Shown here piece by piece: positions 50,601 to 63,591 of a stretch of 64,000 bases of DNA. The DNA comes from Sarea resinae (taxonomy: Eukaryota). Position numbers and translations under genes: made by a program. The first letter of the stretch is position 1. Each line of letters opens with the position of its first letter. The stretch covers positions 372,001 to 436,000 of the forward strand of contig JAPEUD010000007.1 of the NCBI GenBank assembly GCA_026026165.1, given 5' to 3'. The notes beneath the pieces were generated by a model. The model was not told where the DNA came from, made no database searches, and was given only the letters and a program-made list of their open reading frames with translations.

Positions 50601-51403
50601 ATCCGAGCCACGGTAAGAACTCTGCTGTAGATTCGATTGTTGCAATGAAGCTAACCAATTTTATAGCCATCGGCTGGTCACTCACAGGAACGACAAATTC
50701 GCCGAATTCGAATTTGAGTTTTCTATATCAGACTTCTACCGGCGAGCTAGCAGGTCCTGCACCCATGTCCTCGAGCATGGCCAACTTCAGGCCTAGCCTT
50801 CAATCCACTCTGGAAATCCCCTCTGGTCCCAACACAGCTACGAGTGCCACTTCACCTCTTGCACCTTCTCAAAGCTCGATTTCTCGTATGTCTGTCTCTC
50901 AGATGTCCTCGGACCTTGATGTTGGCCAACACTCACCAAACACCCCACTGAATCGAATCACGGCGCCCTTGTCGATGGCCAAACACAATATCTCGGGTGA
51001 TCCCGTTGCTACTTCCGATGCCGAAATGCTCCTGGGGTTACATTCGCCCTACCCAGCGTCAGCAATATCTCAGTCTCGTCTCAATGGCGGCGCGGCAGTG
51101 TCTTACGATATGAGCGGTAGCGGCGGCGCTTTTCAGCAACAGGAACAGCCGCAACAGTCAGCATCTCATGAGGCAGCTGTCTATGACTTCTCGCAAACCC
51201 CTCGCTTCAATTACTTTGGCGACGAGACCCTGAACATGCCGCTTGGAGATATGATGATCGAAAGCCAAGATATCGACATGAGTTCCTTGGGCGGTGACAA
51301 TATGATGCCTTGGTACTTGCCACAGGATATGCTCGGCGTATTTGAAGCGTCATCCGTGGACGGGGGAGGAATGCCACTACCGCACCCTCCATCTCAGGGG
51401 TAA
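47653..51403 (+). CDS. Zn(II)2Cys6 transcription factor with fungal TF middle homology region
   Basis: After intron 1: CGTCRKRKTRCSGERPVCSTCTQNGHGC. Middle region FPFLQR, QACLLL, AIRMAQDLG-like SIRMAQDLG and RIDTFWAIFFLDR. Several GT-AG introns. Confidence 0.92.
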
Positions 51404-52658
51404 GGAGGCGGAAGAAGAGGAAAACAAGAGGGAGAGGATCCAAAGGAGGATAGCGAGGAGGATGAAAAGACGGTGAAACGAGAGGAGGGCTAAGAGGACC
51501 AAGAGGAAGATGTATGAAACAAGGAGGTCTATTTCGCGAACGTGTACTTGATTGAACCGATATTTTGGGGCGGTGGGGTATGTTGGGGGCGCCACGGGGC
51601 GGGCGTTGACTTCGAGGTGGAGGATTTTTTCGGTGCTGTGTAACGTGTGGCGTTTGTTGACAGGATAGGAGCATGTGCATTGGCTGGGCTTGGCTGGGGT
51701 ATGGCTGGGCTGGGCTGGGCTCTTCTGTCTGGGTAGGATTTACTACCAAGCAAACGTACCGAAGTTTGCTTGTGCGTCGTTTTGATTTCTGTTCTGGACT
51801 TTGCTCAGATTATCTGTCTGTGTAGATACCCCCGACCACTACTGAGAGGATGGGATGATGGGAGCTTGATAGGTTGACATATGAAACGGTATATCATGGA
51901 GGTTCTTCATCGCAAATCTTCGCATCACATCGAACAAGTCGCTTCTCCCACGAATCCGTCTCGTCATCACATTCTAGAACAAAGAAAGCGAAGCTAACAG
52001 GACAGCCGACCATTCTAGTGCGATATACGCATCCGTACATGATCTCGTCCCTCGACCTCTTCGCACTTTGGCACATAAGACCCTACTTGTACTCTCTCAC
52101 ACCCTCCACAAATTTCCGAACAAAGAAATCCTCGGACCCTGGTTCCATCTTCCATCTGTCTAGATGTTTCTTCGCAAGCGTTTTTGCGTCGCGCTGTTGT
52201 CTAATTCCTTTACTAAATTTCTGTCAAGCTTGTTACGTGTAGAGACTCGTCTCGTTTGCCGTTCTGGAGCATATGGGATGATGCTCTTTCTCCTTGGCAG
52301 ATTGCAGAATATTACACATAGAGCAGTTGCAGAAGAGCAAAACAAGAGAACAAAGAGCCCAGGAAATGGCCCGGGCCTTCTCGAGATGCTCTTATGTCTG
52401 TTTAGTTCTCTTTTCACTTCGACTTCTGCAAGCGTACATGTCCAGACTAAACAGTGAAGGGCCAGTCGAAGCTTGAGGAGGATGGGATACATAAGGCGGA
52501 GGGAGCGCTCTCTCTTTTTCTACTCTCCTACTTTCCAACTTTTCCTTTGATCTCTTACTGGTTGATTTTTTCAACAAAATAACCAGACCACAGCACTATA
52601 CTTACAGCGAACAAGTTGAGAAGTGGCTCCTGGTGGGTATTCATTTTACTAGAACCCG

Positions 52659-54830
52659 ATGGCTGGTCAATGGCACCACCACCAATGCTCAGACTTAGGC
52701 TCGGCTCCGGCTTTCTGTTCTTCACACACTCTGTCGACTCGGCCTACAACCGGCAAGTCCTTGAAATCCTCGACGTCCACAGAGCCCAGCAAAACAACCG
52801 CGCCAACTGCAACAACGATCGCAGCCTCAAGCGGTCCAAATGCATTAAATACTGTACCGCTCAAAGACCCACAGCAATACCCCCTAACCCTAGCCTCCCT
52901 TTCTCACGTCGACATCACACTCCTGACACGGCTCCTCTCCCACCACCCCCCACAGGACATTCGCGCCAAGTACCCAACCCTGTATACGCAATACAGCGCC
53001 GCTGTCGCCCGCTTGATCTCCGAACTACCATGGTGGCTCCGGGCGGTGCCTTTGCAGGGTGTGGTTCTAAAGATGGCCAGGAGAGGTAGTGCCGGGGGGA
53101 GGGGGAAGGAAAGGGGGAATGGGAAAGAGAAGAGTATGAAACTATGCGCGTTGCACAGAGACCTCAATGTCTTCGTCATCAACGACGTCCATGAGTGCCT
53201 CCAATCGCTTGTCTATGGACGGTGGATCGAGGAGTGCTTTGCTAGTGGTGATGAGGGTGCGGATGGGGAATTCGACTCTTTCCCTGCTTCTCCGGCCGCT
53301 CGTGTCTTCTCTCTTGGCTCGACCCCTTCCTCATCGTCGAGCTATTCCCTTTATGTTTTCCCTGCCAATTTCCAAGAGGACATCAAATATGACAACACAC
53401 GAGCAAAGCCTCTAGCGTTCCGACATCCGTCGGCCGTCCCCTCGGCGCTAAACCCACAACAATCCCTAAAGCCCCCGAACCTCGACCTCAAAGCCCAAAT
53501 CCAACACCTCCAGCACCTCCTCTCGCCCTCCTACACCCCCTCTCCTCCCCCACAAAAGCCATCTGGCCCCCACACCAACTGCACCGCATGCGCGCTCGCC
53601 TCGCTCGGCCACAGCCGCGACGTCCTCGCGCCCCTGCACGGGATCCTGCTCGCGCGCGCGCGCACCTCGCGACGCGAGCCACGGCTTCTACGCTGGGCAG
53701 GCGCGTGGATCGCATGGCTGGGCGCCGAGGAAGCCGGAGAGGTGATGGCGGAGGCGGGGCTCGTGGCCGCGGAGCTCCGGCGCTGGAGAAGGAGGCGGAC
53801 GCGACGGGCCGAGGAGGGATGGGGGGACGAGAGGGAAAGCGGAGAAGAGGGGTGGGAGGTTGGTGGCGAGGAGGCGCTGAAGAGTTTGGGAGAGAGGCTG
53901 GATTCTGCGTTGGGTGGGTGGGGGTCGGCTCCGCGTTGTTCTGCTGTTTCTGCTGTTGCTTCTCATGCCATCAACACCGAGAAGAATAGCCTCGCCGGCA
54001 TCCACGACACTCCTCTAAATAGCATCCTGCACGGCCAAGCACACGAGCTCGAGGGGGATAGTGGTAGTCTCTACTCGCGTCCTTTCTCCCGGCCCTATTC
54101 CCGTCCTTCGTCTCGCCCAGACCACGAAGATGGCTACCCATCCTCGTCATCACCATCACCACCATCACCAGAAGCCCCTCCCCCCGCCAAAAACCAAGCA
54201 AGTCACACAAACAACAACACCACCAAAGCCAGAGAAACTTCTCCGCCTTCTCCGCCTTCTCTGACGACGACGACCGGGTCAAGCCACGAGTACGTCTGCC
54301 CGCGAGTGCGCTGGTCGGATCGCTGTGGCCACCACCATCACCACCACCTCCTCCACCACCACCAGCAGCAATTAACACCGCCATCACAGCCGCCACAGCC
54401 GCCACAGCAGGAGCAGAAACAAAACCAGGACCAGCAGCGGCCTCCCCGCAACAGCATCCTGATCAAGGGCCTTGAACCCGGAACCACTGCCACCACCGTA
54501 CCGAGATTGACATCGACATCGACACCCACACCCACACCCACACGCGCAGCGACACGCACAACGACACGCACAGCCAGCTCTCTGGCGCGCGAGTACCAAG
54601 ACCTGATCCACGGGTCTCCCTCGCCCTCTCCTTCTCCTTCTCCCTCTCCCTCTTTCCCTTCCTCCCCATCGCCCCCGCCCTCCTTCACTCCCTCCCTCTC
54701 GTTTATTCTCAGCAAGAACGCCGATGCAGGGACCAAGGGCGCGCGAGCCGACAGAGCAACAGACCAAGCACAAGCAAACGGGCACGGGCGCAGCAGAAGC
54801 AGAAGCACGACGTGGGCTGCCTTCTACTGA
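52659..54830 (+). CDS. Fungal hypothetical protein with a Cys/His-containing core and low-complexity C-terminus
   Basis: Uninterrupted 723-aa ORF; LCALHRDLN and CTACALASLG...RLLRWAGAWI segments; tail of poly-H/Q/SP. Confidence 0.65.
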   Translation: MAGQWHHHQCSDLGSAPAFCSSHTLSTRPTTGKSLKSSTSTEPSKTTAPTATTIAASSGPNALNTVPLKDPQQYPLTLASLSHVDITLLTRLLSHHPPQDIRAKYPTLYTQYSAAVARLISELPWWLRAVPLQGVVLKMARRGSAGGRGKERGNGKEKSMKLCALHRDLNVFVINDVHECLQSLVYGRWIEECFASGDEGADGEFDSFPASPAARVFSLGSTPSSSSSYSLYVFPANFQEDIKYDNTRAKPLAFRHPSAVPSALNPQQSLKPPNLDLKAQIQHLQHLLSPSYTPSPPPQKPSGPHTNCTACALASLGHSRDVLAPLHGILLARARTSRREPRLLRWAGAWIAWLGAEEAGEVMAEAGLVAAELRRWRRRRTRRAEEGWGDERESGEEGWEVGGEEALKSLGERLDSALGGWGSAPRCSAVSAVASHAINTEKNSLAGIHDTPLNSILHGQAHELEGDSGSLYSRPFSRPYSRPSSRPDHEDGYPSSSSPSPPSPEAPPPAKNQASHTNNNTTKARETSPPSPPSLTTTTGSSHEYVCPRVRWSDRCGHHHHHHLLHHHQQQLTPPSQPPQPPQQEQKQNQDQQRPPRNSILIKGLEPGTTATTVPRLTSTSTPTPTPTRAATRTTTRTASSLAREYQDLIHGSPSPSPSPSPSPSFPSSPSPPPSFTPSLSFILSKNADAGTKGARADRATDQAQANGHGRSRSRSTTWAAFY

Positions 54831-55111
54831 CGTGAAAGTAACATAACGAAGCAGACCGCCCGCGGGGTGGGGGGGGCAGGGAGAAGGGAGAAAGGTTCAA
54901 GTGTCTGTCATCTCGTTGTTGTTCGATTTTAGCTATATTCATACCTTTACCACAGTCGGTCGATCGATCGGTCAGCCAGGAGAAAAAAAAGACAGGCAGA
55001 AGAAGAATAGACATTATGATTTGGGTTTTCTGCTGCGAGTCTTTTTTATACAAAAGTAGTAATAGAAGAGCCCGGGACTCGCCAGCGCATGTGCCTAAGT
55101 ATAATGACATC

Positions 55112-55140
55112 AAGAAGAAGAAGAAGAAGAAGAAGAAGAA
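55112..55140. repeat. (AAG)n microsatellite
   Basis: Directly visible. Confidence 0.85.
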
Positions 55141-55540
55141 ATACAAAATTTGAGTGAAGAGTAAGAAGTAAGAGGGGTTGTTGTGCCTCCCTCCCTCCCC
55201 ATCTGCCTGCCTGCCTGCCTGTCCTACCCGAGTGCCCTAGGTCCCATCACCAGCGTCGGTCGTACGACGAAACGAGAGAATTATCGGTTTTACATACAAT
55301 GGTTCGCATAGCGAGAGTCTTTGTTGTTGAGTCAATGTCGATGTGATTCGCATGGATTCGGCGCAAGAACGCCAGCGTCGTACAATGACAATGAAGGAAA
55401 GCCCCCGAAAGGCGGCAAAGGAAGAAAAGCACGCCGGAACTCCCAATTGACGACCTTACGAGCAGAAGATGAATCAATCAGCTGCTGCTCTCAACACCGA
55501 GCACAGCCCCGCTTCGACCGTGTGCACCGGTGCTCACGCG

Positions 55541-57074
55541 CTATCGCAGGTTCTTGAGACTGTCCGCAGGCGCAGTCGAGGTGCCTGCCTTCTGTCGCGT
55601 GCTGCGTTTTAGCGCCGCTTTGGCGTCGCGTTCTTCTTCAGCTTCTGCAATGAGCACAGCAGGTCCGCCACCCACCTTGTCATCCAGGACTTGTTCGCGA
55701 GAGCCGACAGCCTGTTGGGCGGCTTTGCCACCGGCAGAAACCTTGGGCGGGATGTTGAGGAGCGCTTCCGGAGAGTGCTTCGCATTGGCAATCTCGTCAT
55801 GGTATGGCCGGTCGTCCTCCGACGAGCTTTCAGATTCGTGAGTCCGGATGTGCGTGAAGTGGGGTGGCTCCTCCGGGTGCTGCTTCTCGTAGTCGAGCTT
55901 CTGCTGAGCGTGCAATCTGGATTTGGCGTAGCGAGCGGAGACATCTCCGCCAACCCATTGGGTGCCGAGACTGCTATCCCAGAAGGTGAAGAACGGCTGC
56001 GAGAAGTTGGTCTACCCAAAATGTTAGCAAGTTCCGATACAATGATCAGAAAATATGGAGCCTACCTTGATGCCCCAGCTCTGGTGATGGATGTCATGAT
56101 ATCCGGCATTATTGGAAGTGATGTGCTGCAATGGGTCGAATGGCAATGCGTATCCACAATGGTCGTCGACGGTCTTGATGGTCGAGCAGGTGAAGAACCA
56201 CATGCCTTGGCGAGTGCTCATACCAGACAGCATATAGGCAATCCCAGTCCCAAGCGTGTCGAGCAAAAATCCTTCAAACGGGTGGTTGTAGAGCGCACCG
56301 TAGGCGTATGGAACATAAAGACGATGGTGGCGAGAGTGGAAGGTTGCTAGAAGACGTGAGCTTAATCCCTCAAAGACCGGGTCCCTGAAACATACCATAA
56401 AGCCATCGGTTCATGTGCATCAATCGGTGCAAGAAGTATTGCCATGTGTCCACGATGAGAATGCCGAACAAGAATTGAAGAGCGGGCACGAGGAACCAAT
56501 AGATTGCCTTTGCCGCGAAAATCTCCCAAGAAGCAAAAACGGGCACGACTGCGTCTTTCCCAGCCGCGACAGTCATTGTCTGCGTTAGCCACGGATAGCT
56601 GCCTCCTGCGAGTGCGCCTGCGAGAGCCGGCGAGGACACTTTCTTCGCCAGCCCTAGAGCGTCGAGCCCGACGGCAGAAAGTACCGCAGGGATGGCGCGC
56701 TGGGCGAGTCTGATCCTTTGTGCCCATACGGCAACATCGTAATCCTCCTTGCCGAAGACATCTTCGGGCTCAACCACGAGCATGAGAAGGCCGAAGATGG
56801 TTTGGATGACATGCTGCAAAAGAACATCCCGAACAACCTCCAATCTGGTCGCATGATTCCGTTTCAACACTTCAGCCGGTGTGTGAAGTCGGTATTGGGG
56901 GAAAAGGTCATAGGTATCGACCAAATGGAAGGTCATGGACAAAGCCCAATACGCCACCACAGGTAGGAGGAGCGACAAGACCTTGTCTGGGATCGGTGGA
57001 ACGAGCGAGGGTAGTGGCTGCAGGGTGTACGATGGCAGAGGAGGAAGATCGGAGAATGTCGTTGCGTTCTCCAT
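55541..57074 (-). CDS. SUR2: Sphinganine C4-hydroxylase
   Basis: WQYFLHRLMH, HSRHHRLYVPYAYGALYNHP, KTVDDHCGY and YHDIHHQSWGIKTNFSQPFF. Two GT-AG introns. Confidence 0.95.
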
Positions 57075-59922
57075 GATGAGCTGCTGGGGGAATCAATGAA
57101 GCTGTGAAAAGAGAGCTGGCGACCAAACAATTAGGGGGCCTTGGACCGTCACGAGCGTTCACGAGGGCTGCCGCACTGCAGACGAGCAGACCAAGAGAGG
57201 CGCGACGATGAGAACGATGGGCGCACAAGGCAGTCTCACATCCAAAAAGAATGGGATGTAGAGACAACAAGAGGAGCAGCGACGAGATGAGGTGAAGGTG
57301 AGTGGATGGAGAGAGAGGTGAGGGAGGCAAAACAGAAGGGGAATTGCAATGAAATTTAATGTCTCGCTGGACTGACAAAGCTGCGAGCTACGAGACTACC
57401 ATGGAGGTACAAGGCTGGATAAGGGATAAGCGGTCGATGGACATGGATGAACACGCCTGGGCGGTACGGAGTGTGCGGCACAGGCGAGTCGATGGCGAGT
57501 CGAGAAGGACGAGATGCACCGATTTGCCTCTCGCTTGGAAGTATCCTCGAAGTCGCGGTACTCTGGGTGTCCGGGCTCGAGCGTTCGTCTCTGGCCGTCT
57601 GCTTTGCATATGGGCTGATGGACTTCGTGAGGACAAGACCAAGCTTCGAGAGTATCCGTACAGAGTACCTTGCAGTACCCTCGAGTACTGTACCTGCTGT
57701 GATGACTGCTCAGGCCAAGGACTTGGAGTCTCCGTCCTCCGTCCCGGCGCAGGAGTACGGCCAGGTACCTGGGCTTACTCTTTCATGTGCTCGATGGAAG
57801 TCGTTCGAGGTGATGAATATGATCGATAGTGGTACGGAGACCAGTCCATCCCATCTCCTCTCACGCACACAGCACGAAGATCAAAGCCACGAGAATCACG
57901 ATATTCTTCCTCCCTGTGGTCCTATTTCTCTTTGCTTGTTCCTCGTTCCTGCTCACCGCACCACGCCCGATCTGACGTGGCTCAGGTGCAGTCGCAGGCA
58001 CGGCACAGTGGCATGTAAAGCCTCGTGCTTGTTTGCGCCCAATTGGCTTGGCTGCTTGCCCGGCCTACCTCGACTGGGAAGTCTTTGCGGGTGAGGCACT
58101 TTTGTCCAGCTGTAATTACCGGCGGCCGGGGAGTAATCACCGCTCAGATCGGCCCTGCCCAGGCCGGACAACTCCTTTAAACGTACCATTCTCGATCGAT
58201 CGTATCTCTTTCTTCTGGGGTCGTGAGCATAGGCACCACCTCCATGATGCGCAATGGGCCATATGGATCATCTAGGTCCGCATTGTGTGTATTATCCTTG
58301 AGAGATGCAAGCCACAATGGTGGAGTGATTTGCATATTTGGACGTGCACGTACGAAGCAATGCCCGCGATGGGTGCAATCGCAACATCCTTCTCCGTTCT
58401 TACCCCAGATTCCAGATACCCGATTACCCGTTGGCATTACCTCCACGCTGCATCTGGCAAGTCACCTTACATCGCTCAATAATCGGCATATATTTCTTCC
58501 CTCCTGGTCTTATTACATAGGTATGAAAGTAGTTTGAATGGGGCCGCGATCATCATGCTTGAAAGTACGGTCAGTAGCCAGACTAGGAGACTGCGATAGA
58601 GAATCGGTCCAGACTCTTGATTTGCATCGTCATTTGCTGAACGTAGGGTTCCTGGAGAGCATAGGCCCAGCGGCTCAACCAAGTATACACCCAGTCTACA
58701 CAGTCATCTCCTTTTTGAGAAGATCCTTCAGCCATTCCCTTCCTATTGGCTTTCATCACATAGGCTACCGTGTGAACAGGGTATCAATATTATTGATGGC
58801 AGGCTCTCAATTGATACAGCATCTCCTTGACAGAAGGAGCCGAATTGGAAAGTGCTGACCTGACAAAAGCATGCTATCTATCTTACAGTTCCTCACTGGT
58901 AGAATGCCGGCGAGAATATATACCGCCAAATTCAAGACAGAAGCGGTGAACACCTTCCATAGTGCTTGCAGAGCTCTCATGAAGGTACATTGTCTTCTGA
59001 CAAGAGCACGCTCGCATTAGCCACAGCTTCATGCACTCTTCAAGGATAAGATCGGTGTCTGCACGTGTTTCGGTGATCAAAGCTGTAGTGTGCACGCAAA
59101 GGATAACATGAAACCCACGTCTCCGTGAAGCCGCAATATAGTTCACTTCAGAACCTGCATGGATGCGCACGAACGGAAAAAGATAAGAAAAGATAGGAAA
59201 GGAAAAGGATATCAATGGAAGTGGAGCAACGCCTTGAGACCACTATCAAACGGAGACCCCTAGCTGAGAGGGATTCCGCTGCGGTGTCAGGCTAAAGAGT
59301 TTTTGGCGCCTCGGTTTCCCCAAGATACAGTCTTAGAAAAAAGTTGCCTGATGATTTCTATCTGTGCCATTTCCCACGCCTATCGCTTTCCTGTAATCTG
59401 CTTGCTTTTTCTCTCCTCGCATGAACATTGAGCGATACCTGACGCGCTGTGAATGCGGTGTGTTGATTGTATCGAAGTCCAATCAGCGTGTTGCTGATAC
59501 TATCAGACCACCCTCTTTTTGGATAAAAATGGGCGCGACACCGTACAGCTATACATGAATCTGCCCTATTACCATCGCAATTGTTCCTCCCGTTTGATTT
59601 TTCTAATTCTCAAGAATATCTACGATGAAGAATTGAGATCTTTCGAGTCTAAGACAGCATCGAGATGTGCAATGTGCTGTAAACAGAGACGCCAAACACT
59701 ACAGACTCCTCCGCAAAGTCTGTCTCGGCAACAGCCGTAAATAGCCTAGCGCCAAAATGGACTGCCCCACCAAACAAATCTGGAATTCTGACATTATTCC
59801 ACTTCGAACATTTTCTTCCCGGTTGTCCATCACCGCCCAGTCGAGTTAACTTTGCTCTGAGGCTTCTATTATTGCATACTAGCTTGCCGTATTATATCTT
59901 TCGCTAAACTTACGTCGCAAAA

Positions 59923-60738
59923 ATGATTATCTTCAAGGTAATTTTTTACCACAGTTGGGGCTGTTACCCCGCCCGGCTGCGGAGCGTCGCATTCCGACAA
60001 GGTCCTATTGTGCAATCTTGAATGCTGATCATCGTGTTGGAATAGGACATCATCACAGATGACGAAGTCATCTCCGACAGCTACCCCATGAAGGAGGTCG
60101 ATGGCATCGTCTACGAGATCGAGTGCAAGATGATCACCAAGGGAGGCGAGAACTTCGGTCAGTCCTCAACCTCTTAGGCGAATAGGCGCAAACCGTGCTC
60201 TTCAGCTCGACCACAGAACATTCCTGACTTTGACTAGACATTGGCGCCAACCCGTCGGCTGAGGGTGGTGAGGATGAGGACGTCGATGAGGCGAAGCAGC
60301 AGGTCATCGATGTGGTTGATGCTTTCCGTCTGGAGAAGGCCGACTTCATCGCTGACAAGAAGGCTTATCTTACCCAGTTGAAGAGTTCGTAGCGTCTTTC
60401 TCTAGCCAGAAATGTGTACAGCTAACGATATGTCTTCAGCCTACATGAAGAAAGTCAAGGAGGCGATGAAGAAGAAGGGCGCTGATGATGCCACCGTATC
60501 GGCATTCGAGAAGGGTGCCGCTGGCTACGCCAAGAAGATCATTAGCAACTTCAAGGACTACGACACGTATCTCGGCCCATCCATGGACCCCGACGGAATG
60601 TGAGTGGCTTCTTTGCATTTTGGTACCACATGATCACTGATGCCAAATTCCAGGCTCCTCCTCCTCAACTACCGCGAGGATGGCGTGACCCCCTTCTTCA
60701 CCGTCTGGAAGCATGGCCTCACCGAGATGAAGGTCTAG
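59923..60738 (+). CDS. TMA19: Translationally controlled tumour protein (TCTP)
   Basis: [17 protein letters not shown]...[12 protein letters not shown]...[33 protein letters not shown]. Four GT-AG introns. Confidence 0.95.
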
Positions 60739-61691
60739 ACTAGCAAGATGGAATTATGTTCGCTATACTCCCCCCTTCTCTCCCATGGGCGTAACAGAGA
60801 ACCCTCTAGTCTCTTCCTTTGTGTCACGGTCACTTCGTATCATTTCATGCATCTCCCGTTCCGTTTTTCTAGAAAGATGAAAAATGTTCATGACTCCACG
60901 ATAATCATTCTTCCAAAATTATGTTGCTCTCAAAGAAAAGTAAAAGCTTTTACCAGCTCTTGTCACATCGAGTCCTCTCGGTACCCCTCTTGATGAGAGA
61001 TTATCTCTCATACTTCGTCACGAACAGGATTACATGTGGCTTTGGAAGCTTAGGCGAGGCCACAATGGGTCGGGTATTCAAGTTCATTATAGAGAGAACG
61101 GGCCTGAGGAAATGGACGTTTAGGATGGAAAGAGTTTTAGGCAGAATAAGCAAACTAGCCTACATACTTCTTTCGAGAACAAAAGCACGAGAGCACATGG
61201 AGTCAGACGGACCGACAGAAAGCCCCAGCGCCGTTGCGCTCACCAAGGTCGTTACCATTTAGACTTCCCCACTACCGAAAAGGATATCAGGGTGCATTGT
61301 TTTAGCAGCAATGTCGTCCTTACTCACGTATGGCCCTCTGTCACGTAAACATCCGTAGAAGAACAGGGGGGAAAGGAAGGAAAAAGACAAAATCGTGTCG
61401 GGCATAATCAGGAGAGAGCCCAGACAGTTACTGGCAAGCTTTCGGAGGTAATTGTCCCGTAGCATCAGCTGAAGGTGAAAGGTTGAAGGTAGCAAGACTA
61501 TCTCCAGCTGCGCTTATCCGGCGCGCGCCAAGCGAATCTCGATTTCATCTGATCGGCACGCGGCCCCACTCGGCAGTTTGTTTACTAAATCTCCATGTAA
61601 CTTTGTCGCATATCTCAACAGTGAAAGAGAATCAAGCAAACGAAGCCACCGATTGCACTTGCGCCCAGACGCTGGCACGCCAACTGCAAGT

Positions 61692-63591
61692 ATGGAGTGT
61701 TCTCAATGCGTCAAATGTAAATTGAGCTATCAGTCCACACGATATTATGTCGAGTCGAGTCGAGTCCGTCGTGCTGACAAATGAGCAGCGTCGCATCCTT
61801 CGGTCCCCTCCCCAGATGGCACCCTGATCGCAAGCGTGCTTGCCCCGCGGCTCATCATTCGTTCCTCGGAATCCCTCGAAATTGTACGCACAATCAATCT
61901 ACCGCCTGACTTCGCCTCTCGCCCTCTCCTTACCCGCTGGTCTCCCTTATCCGATGACCAGAGCACCGGCGAGCATCGTCTGCGACCGCGAATCCTGCTC
62001 GCCGACGACGACACCGTCCGAGTCTGGGACCTTCAAGACTCCGACTGGACAGCAATCATCAACAATGCCGCTGGAGGCTTCACCAAAGTCGCACATGTCT
62101 CGTTTGGGAGTAGCGCCGGCTCGATCCTCACATTCTCGGAGTTCAATTTCAAAGTAACGGCCTGGCTGCTTGACACCGGCCGCAGTGTCGAGATCCGAGA
62201 TCCCAAATTCACAACAGGCAAGGGTTATAGCTATCGGCCAGGCAGTGGGCACTTCGCTCTGCTGACGAGGCCTGCCGCCCACGATATCATCACCCTTCAC
62301 GCGCCAGGCGATTATAAATTACTGAATAGCTTTCCGCTGGCTACGATTGATGCGCAGAAAGTGAAGTGGAGTCCTTGTGGACGATGGCTCGCTGTCTTGG
62401 AATCTGCGGGTTGTGGATTTAGGGTAGTGGTATATACTGCGAACGGTCACTTGTATCGGACGTACGCCGGCGAAAATGAGAACGGAGTCGAGGGGTTAGG
62501 AGCGAAGTCCTTTGAATGGAGTCCTAGGGGGGACCTCCTAGCCGTAGGCAACTATTCCAACCGCGTCACTCTTTTACGGAGTACTACCGTAAGCTCCCAC
62601 ATGTGCCACTAATCTATAATCCGCGCTGACATCCCCCCGTCAAAATGCCCAGTTCTCAGCCTCGGTCTTCCTGGACCACACGCCAACAATAAAGCTACCC
62701 CTGATAACAATATGGCAAGAATACATCTCAGCACTCAACGAGCATTCCTTCACTGCAGCGGCCCAGCCAACGTGTCCACCGACAGTGTCATCCCTACCAA
62801 CCGACCCTAACCCGAAGATGGGCATCTCAACCATCGCTTTCAACAACCCGGACGGCGGCTACGTGGCTACTCGAGACGATTCCATGCCGACGACGGTGTG
62901 GATCTGGACTCTAAAACAGTGTCCCAGACCATTTTCTATTCTCGTGCTCCACTCTCCAGTCCGAAGTCTTCAGTGGCATCCCTCGAGACCGGATCTCCTC
63001 ATGATCCAGACCGTCCACGACGAACGCATTGTATATGTCTGGAGTGCCGGATGTGAACAACCACGCATCATCAAATTTCCCATGGAGAACGAGAAAGTGA
63101 TAGGCAAGCATGAGGTCAGCTGGCTGAGAAGAGAAGGAAACACAAATGAACACAAAGCGGTGATCATGTCCGCGGACTCCCAGCACTACGTTCTTGGGAC
63201 TCTAGACTGTCCTCAAGCTCAAGCTGCAGCTACAGCTACGGCTACAATTACCGAGGACCCAGACCCCCGTCGCAACACCAGCGATGATGACAAAACAAGC
63301 AACAACACTGCTGCGTCCCACGTGCACGAGACTGCTCTCTTCCATACTCTAGCAGAGGACAATAATACCAGGCTGAAGGACAACTCCGAAGAAGAAGAAG
63401 AACTTCACAGATTCAGTCCCGCTTTCACCACCACCAACACCACCTCACCACCATCACCATCTCCCGCCCCGTCTCTTCCTCACTCCTCCGCCTCCTCCTC
63501 TTACGACCAAGAGGAAAGCACAGACGACGACACTTTCTACCACCGGCCTCTCCACCGGCAGCACCAGACACACATGACCACAACCACCTGA
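61692..63591 (+). CDS. WDR8: WD40 protein of the WDR8/WRAP73 family (spindle pole body)
   Basis: SPDGTLIAS, VRVWDL, TIDAQKVKWSPCGRWLAV, GLGAKSFEWSPRGDLLAVG, ATRDDSMPTTVWIW and VRSLQWHP. Introns at about 61717-61788 and 62589-62652. Confidence 0.8.
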
